In this document: positions 54,116-57,171 of the stretch, piece after piece
How positions within the stretch are numbered: the stretch's first letter is position 1
Layout: every line of letters starts with the position of its first letter
Assembly: GCA_031400775.1 (NCBI GenBank)
Contig: JANNQN010000437.1
Coordinates: forward strand, 1-57,171
Origin: Planctomycetia bacterium
GTDB taxonomy: Bacteria; Planctomycetota; Planctomycetia; Pirellulales; PALSA-1355
Reading direction: 5' to 3'
DNA length: 57,171 nucleotides
The notes under the pieces: generated by a model
Database searches by the model: none
Seen by the model: only the letters and a program-made list of their open reading frames with translations
Told to the model about the DNA's origin: nothing
Translations under genes and position numbers: made by a program

Positions 54116-55579
54116 TCAAGCTTTTCCAACCAACTGTGAAAGCGCCGCCGCCATTCTTCGAAAGACGCCGGGCCAGTCCCCCGCCGATGTCTGGCGAAAC
54201 AGCCGCATCGTTGGATACCACGGGCTGTCGTCGCGGTCCGCCAGCCAGCGCCAATCGGGCGACGAGCGCAAAGCACACCATATCGGCACGCCCAGCCCGC
54301 CGGCCAGATGCGCGCTGGCCGTGTCCGTGGTCACGATCAGGTCCAGGTTCTTCACGATCGCCGCGGTGTCCATGAACGGGCCCGAGCGCTCATCGGCGGC
54401 GCTACCTAAATCTACGACGTGGAACTGCCCCTGGACCGACGAAATCTGCTCGCTGCCGGGCCCTTTTTGCAGGCTGAAAAGCCGCACTCCGCTCACCTGG
54501 GCAAGCGGGGCGAACTGGCTTAAGGCAACTGAACGGTAACGGTCTTCGCGGTAACTGGTGCGGCCCTGCCAGAAGATGCCCACGCGATAGCCGGCGAACT
54601 TCGACAGCTCGCCGCGCCAATGCTCGCAGAGCGCCTCGTTGGCGAACAGATACGGCACACTACTGGGGATGGATTCCAACGTGGGGCTGAAGATACTGGC
54701 CAGGCTCATCAAGGGGGACTGCACATCGAACGGCGGCCGGGGAGCGCCCGGCGAAACGAGATTCTTCACGCCCGAGGTGGTGAGCAGCGGCACGAGCGCC
54801 GCGGGCGCCTCGACCGTGACATGGCGGCAGCGCTCCTGAACCAGGGGCAGGTAGCGAATGAACTGAAACGTGTCGCCCAGGCCTTGCTCGGCATGAACCA
54901 GCAGCCGCCGCTCGCCGAGCGGCTCGCCGTTCCACTGGGGTTCGGCAAATCTTCGCCCCTTGACGTCCGGACACTGTAAACGCCATTCGTATTCGGCCCA
55001 GCCTTCGGCCAGCCGCCCTTGGCTGAGCCAGACCAGCGAGCGGTTGTAATGGGCCTTGGCATATTGCGGCGCGAGCGCCACAGCCTGGTTCAAGTGGTCG
55101 AGCGCCTCGTCCAGCGAGCCCAACTCGCGCAGCAGGTCGCCCAGATTGTTGTGGGCAAAAGGATATGCCGGCCGCAACTCGAGGCTGCGGCGATAACTGG
55201 CCGCGGCTTCGTCAAGCTGCCCCAACGCATAGAGCGCCAGGCCAAGATTGTAATGCCCATCGGCCATCGCCGGGTCGAGACGGATCGCTTCGTCGCATTG
55301 ATGGCGGGCTTCGTCGTTGCGGCCCACGGTCAAATAGGCCGAGCCGAGATTGTTGTGATATTCTGCGACGTTCGGATCGATGGCGATGGCCTGTTCGAGC
55401 AGGCGCACCGCCTCGGCGGCATGGGTCGTTTGCAGTGCCAGCGCTCCCAAGCGATGCAGAGCCTCGGCATTGGCCGGATGCGCCGCCAGCACCTGACGAT
55501 AAATTTGCTCGGCCGCGCGCAGGTCGCCGGCACGGTGATGGGCGAGGCCCCGCGCCAGGGCATCGTCGATGGTTGACAT
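54116..55579 (-). CDS. TPR-repeat protein with C-terminal GT9-like glycosyltransferase domain
   Basis: 487-aa ORF with about 6 TPR units. It then shows LLVHAEQGLGDTFQFIRYLPLV and TTDTASAHLAGGLGVPIWCAL, which correspond to the GT9 LGD and DSGP.HLA..LG.P blocks. Confidence 0.8.
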   Translation of the reverse strand: MSTIDDALARGLAHHRAGDLRAAEQIYRQVLAAHPANAEALHRLGALALQTTHAAEAVRLLEQAIAIDPNVAEYHNNLGSAYLTVGRNDEARHQCDEAIRLDPAMADGHYNLGLALYALGQLDEAAASYRRSLELRPAYPFAHNNLGDLLRELGSLDEALDHLNQAVALAPQYAKAHYNRSLVWLSQGRLAEGWAEYEWRLQCPDVKGRRFAEPQWNGEPLGERRLLVHAEQGLGDTFQFIRYLPLVQERCRHVTVEAPAALVPLLTTSGVKNLVSPGAPRPPFDVQSPLMSLASIFSPTLESIPSSVPYLFANEALCEHWRGELSKFAGYRVGIFWQGRTSYREDRYRSVALSQFAPLAQVSGVRLFSLQKGPGSEQISSVQGQFHVVDLGSAADERSGPFMDTAAIVKNLDLIVTTDTASAHLAGGLGVPIWCALRSSPDWRWLADRDDSPWYPTMRLFRQTSAGDWPGVFRRMAAALSQLVGKA

Positions 55580-55588
55580 GGTGTGTAT

Positions 55589-56851
55589 CTATTGCTTGCC
55601 AACAGCCACTGGGTTCTTACCCACGGCAACTATGTGCGATTCGGTCCGCAAGAACATCCGTCCGCCCGCGACCGCCGGAGTGGCGCGGGTCGATTCGCCC
55701 AGCGAACTGCGTCCCAACACCTTAAATGTATCGGTCGCGGCCAGGGTCACGACTTCGCCGTCGGCGCTGACGCCGTAGATGCGGTCGGCCACCCGCACCG
55801 GTGAGCTGGAAAAGGTGCCGCCCACCCGCTCGTGCCAATGCTGCTTGCCCGAGCGAGCGTCGATGCAGGTGACCACGCCACGATCGCCCCACAGAAACAC
55901 GAGCGTCCGGTGAGCGATCATCGTGGGTACATAAGGGGCGCTGGTGCGATCGATCTTGTAGAGTACCTCGGCTTCGCGTCCGCCTGCGCTACCCGGTCGC
56001 ACCGCCACAACGCTATTGTTGCCGCTCCCTTCGCCGCAGTTGGCCAGGATCAACCCGTCGACAAGGATCGGCGAGCCCACCGGGCGGCGCTCCAACACTT
56101 CGGCCTCCCAATTCGTTTTGCCCGACTTCGGGTCGATGCTCGTGAGCCCATGAGCCCAACTGGCGACGATCAGCTCGGCCGGGCCGGCGGGCGGCTGATA
56201 GATGCAGGGCGCGGCGTAGGAAGTACTTTGCTTGTCGAGCACCTTGCGCGGAATCTTCCAGCGCGTCTGCCCGGACGATTTATCGAGCGCGATCAAAAAG
56301 CTGTCGGCATCCTGGTCGTTGGTAATGATGAGCAGGTCACCATGCACGATGGGCGACGTGCCGAAGCCGTGCTGGCTGACAAATTTACCGAGATTCGCCC
56401 GCCACACCGGCTTGCCGTCGTGCGCCAGCGCCACGACCGAAAACTCCTCGGGCGTGGCCCAGGCGCAATACACGTGCTGCTCATCGACGGCGGGCGTGCT
56501 CGAAGCCAGGCTGTTCTGCGTGTGGATCTGATGGGTCTTGGAGGTAAATTCCTCGGCCCATTGCTTGGCGCCATCCGTTGCCGAAAGGCACAGCACGAAC
56601 TGAGTACCATTGTTCGGGTCGGCACTCGCCAGAAAAATTCGCTCGCCCCACAACACGGGCGACGAGTGACCGTTGCCCGGCAACTCGACCTTCCACAGAT
56701 GCTCGTTCTCGCCCCAACTGACGGGAATCGTCGTCGCGTCGCTCTGGCCCGAGCCGTTCGGTCCGCGGAAGCGCGTCCACTCTTGCGCCGCGGCCATGCC
56801 ACTGATTAACAACGCCAGGCACAATCCGGTTACTTGTGATCGGCAATACAT
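55589..56851 (-). CDS. PQQ-like beta-propeller repeat protein (BamB-like fold), secreted
   Basis: 420-aa ORF with signal peptide MYCRSQVTGLCLALLISGMAAAQ. WTRFRGPNGSG, SSPVLWGERIFL and recurring W/G beta-propeller blades are present. Confidence 0.8.
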   Translation of the reverse strand: MYCRSQVTGLCLALLISGMAAAQEWTRFRGPNGSGQSDATTIPVSWGENEHLWKVELPGNGHSSPVLWGERIFLASADPNNGTQFVLCLSATDGAKQWAEEFTSKTHQIHTQNSLASSTPAVDEQHVYCAWATPEEFSVVALAHDGKPVWRANLGKFVSQHGFGTSPIVHGDLLIITNDQDADSFLIALDKSSGQTRWKIPRKVLDKQSTSYAAPCIYQPPAGPAELIVASWAHGLTSIDPKSGKTNWEAEVLERRPVGSPILVDGLILANCGEGSGNNSVVAVRPGSAGGREAEVLYKIDRTSAPYVPTMIAHRTLVFLWGDRGVVTCIDARSGKQHWHERVGGTFSSSPVRVADRIYGVSADGEVVTLAATDTFKVLGRSSLGESTRATPAVAGGRMFLRTESHIVAVGKNPVAVGKQ

Positions 56852-57121
56852 CGGCGCGCGGATCCTGAAAGAGTTCGAGCTGATTGCTGATTTGCCAAGT
56901 CTGGATCGCTTGGCGTTCCCATCATTCTAAACGTACTGGGATGCCGATCAACTCCGCTGACGCGTCGCATTGTGTGCCGGTCTTGAAGAGGGATTTGGAA
57001 CCACGACGGCACGGAGAGCCGAGACGAGTCCCGATTAAGTCAGCACTTCTCCGTGTCGTCGTGTGGTCGTGGGTTACCCACGAGTATAAAAAAATTGTAA
57101 AAACACCACACCGAGAGCACC

Positions 57122-57131
57122 GGGGGGGGGG
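57122..57131. repeat. G10 homopolymer preceded by an AT-rich patch
   Basis: Read directly: c + ggggggggg + g at 57121-57131. gagtataaaaaaattgtaaaaac at 57082-57104 is the most AT-rich stretch I noticed among the intergenic regions. Confidence 0.85.
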
Positions 57132-57171
57132 TGGGAATAACAGAATTTGTAGGGCCACCCGGCACCGCGGG

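Noticed and set aside
641-57171. tRNA, rRNA, tmRNA or riboswitch genes in the intergenic regions
   Set aside because: I scanned the larger gaps (641-1002, 13780-14082, 14737-15031, 21688-21939, 25307-25470, 35985-36339, 45590-45907, 56852-57171) by eye. I saw no cloverleaf-type arrangement or known riboswitch core. This is a weak negative, because no covariance-model search was run.

Overview
This is a high-GC bacterial chromosome segment. My hand counts on sampled 60-nt lines give about 65-67% G+C in the housekeeping genes. The gene content fits a Planctomycetota-type genome, which is an inference: a giant PVC-style dehydrogenase/cytochrome c fusion, HEAT-repeat and disordered giant proteins, and a GldG/DUF4340 ABC system. 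I support 38 protein-coding genes, one truncated at the left edge and one interrupted by an in-frame stop. I recognised no rRNA, tRNA, CRISPR array, transposase or integrase.

Layout, left to right:
- rfbF fragment, a 1707-aa mosaic exoprotein, and a deoxyhypusine synthase homologue.
- A low-GC three-gene cassette at 7304-10196: DUF262 (ParB/GmrS-like), a HEPN protein, and a C5 cytosine methyltransferase.
- glgP, an acyl-CoA dehydrogenase, cysC, and a small BON-domain gene.
- A 10-kb minus-strand block for LPS inner core, heptose and lipid A: two GT9, gmhB, a DHS-like unknown, two GT2, hldE, lpxK, and icd at its head.
- A UxaA-family dehydratase, a secreted Gly-rich protein, a HEAT-repeat protein, and a 1310-aa membrane protein with a roughly 630-aa polyampholyte tract.
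- nadB, then a GldA/F/G-like ABC operon with DUF4340.
- A four-gene operon of unknown pathway: PaaK-like ligase, DUF1445, class V aminotransferase, DUF971.
- An MFS transporter.
- A 9.7-kb minus-strand run: beta-propeller protein, two TPR-GT9 paralogues (one carrying an amber stop), an FkbM methyltransferase, and a fused HyuA/HyuB oxoprolinase.

The best candidate for an undescribed system is the translationally coupled DUF262-HEPN-Dcm cassette. It looks like a split GmrSD-like module in which a HEPN nuclease takes the place of the DUF1524 nuclease. All family calls come from motif recognition by eye. No database search was run.
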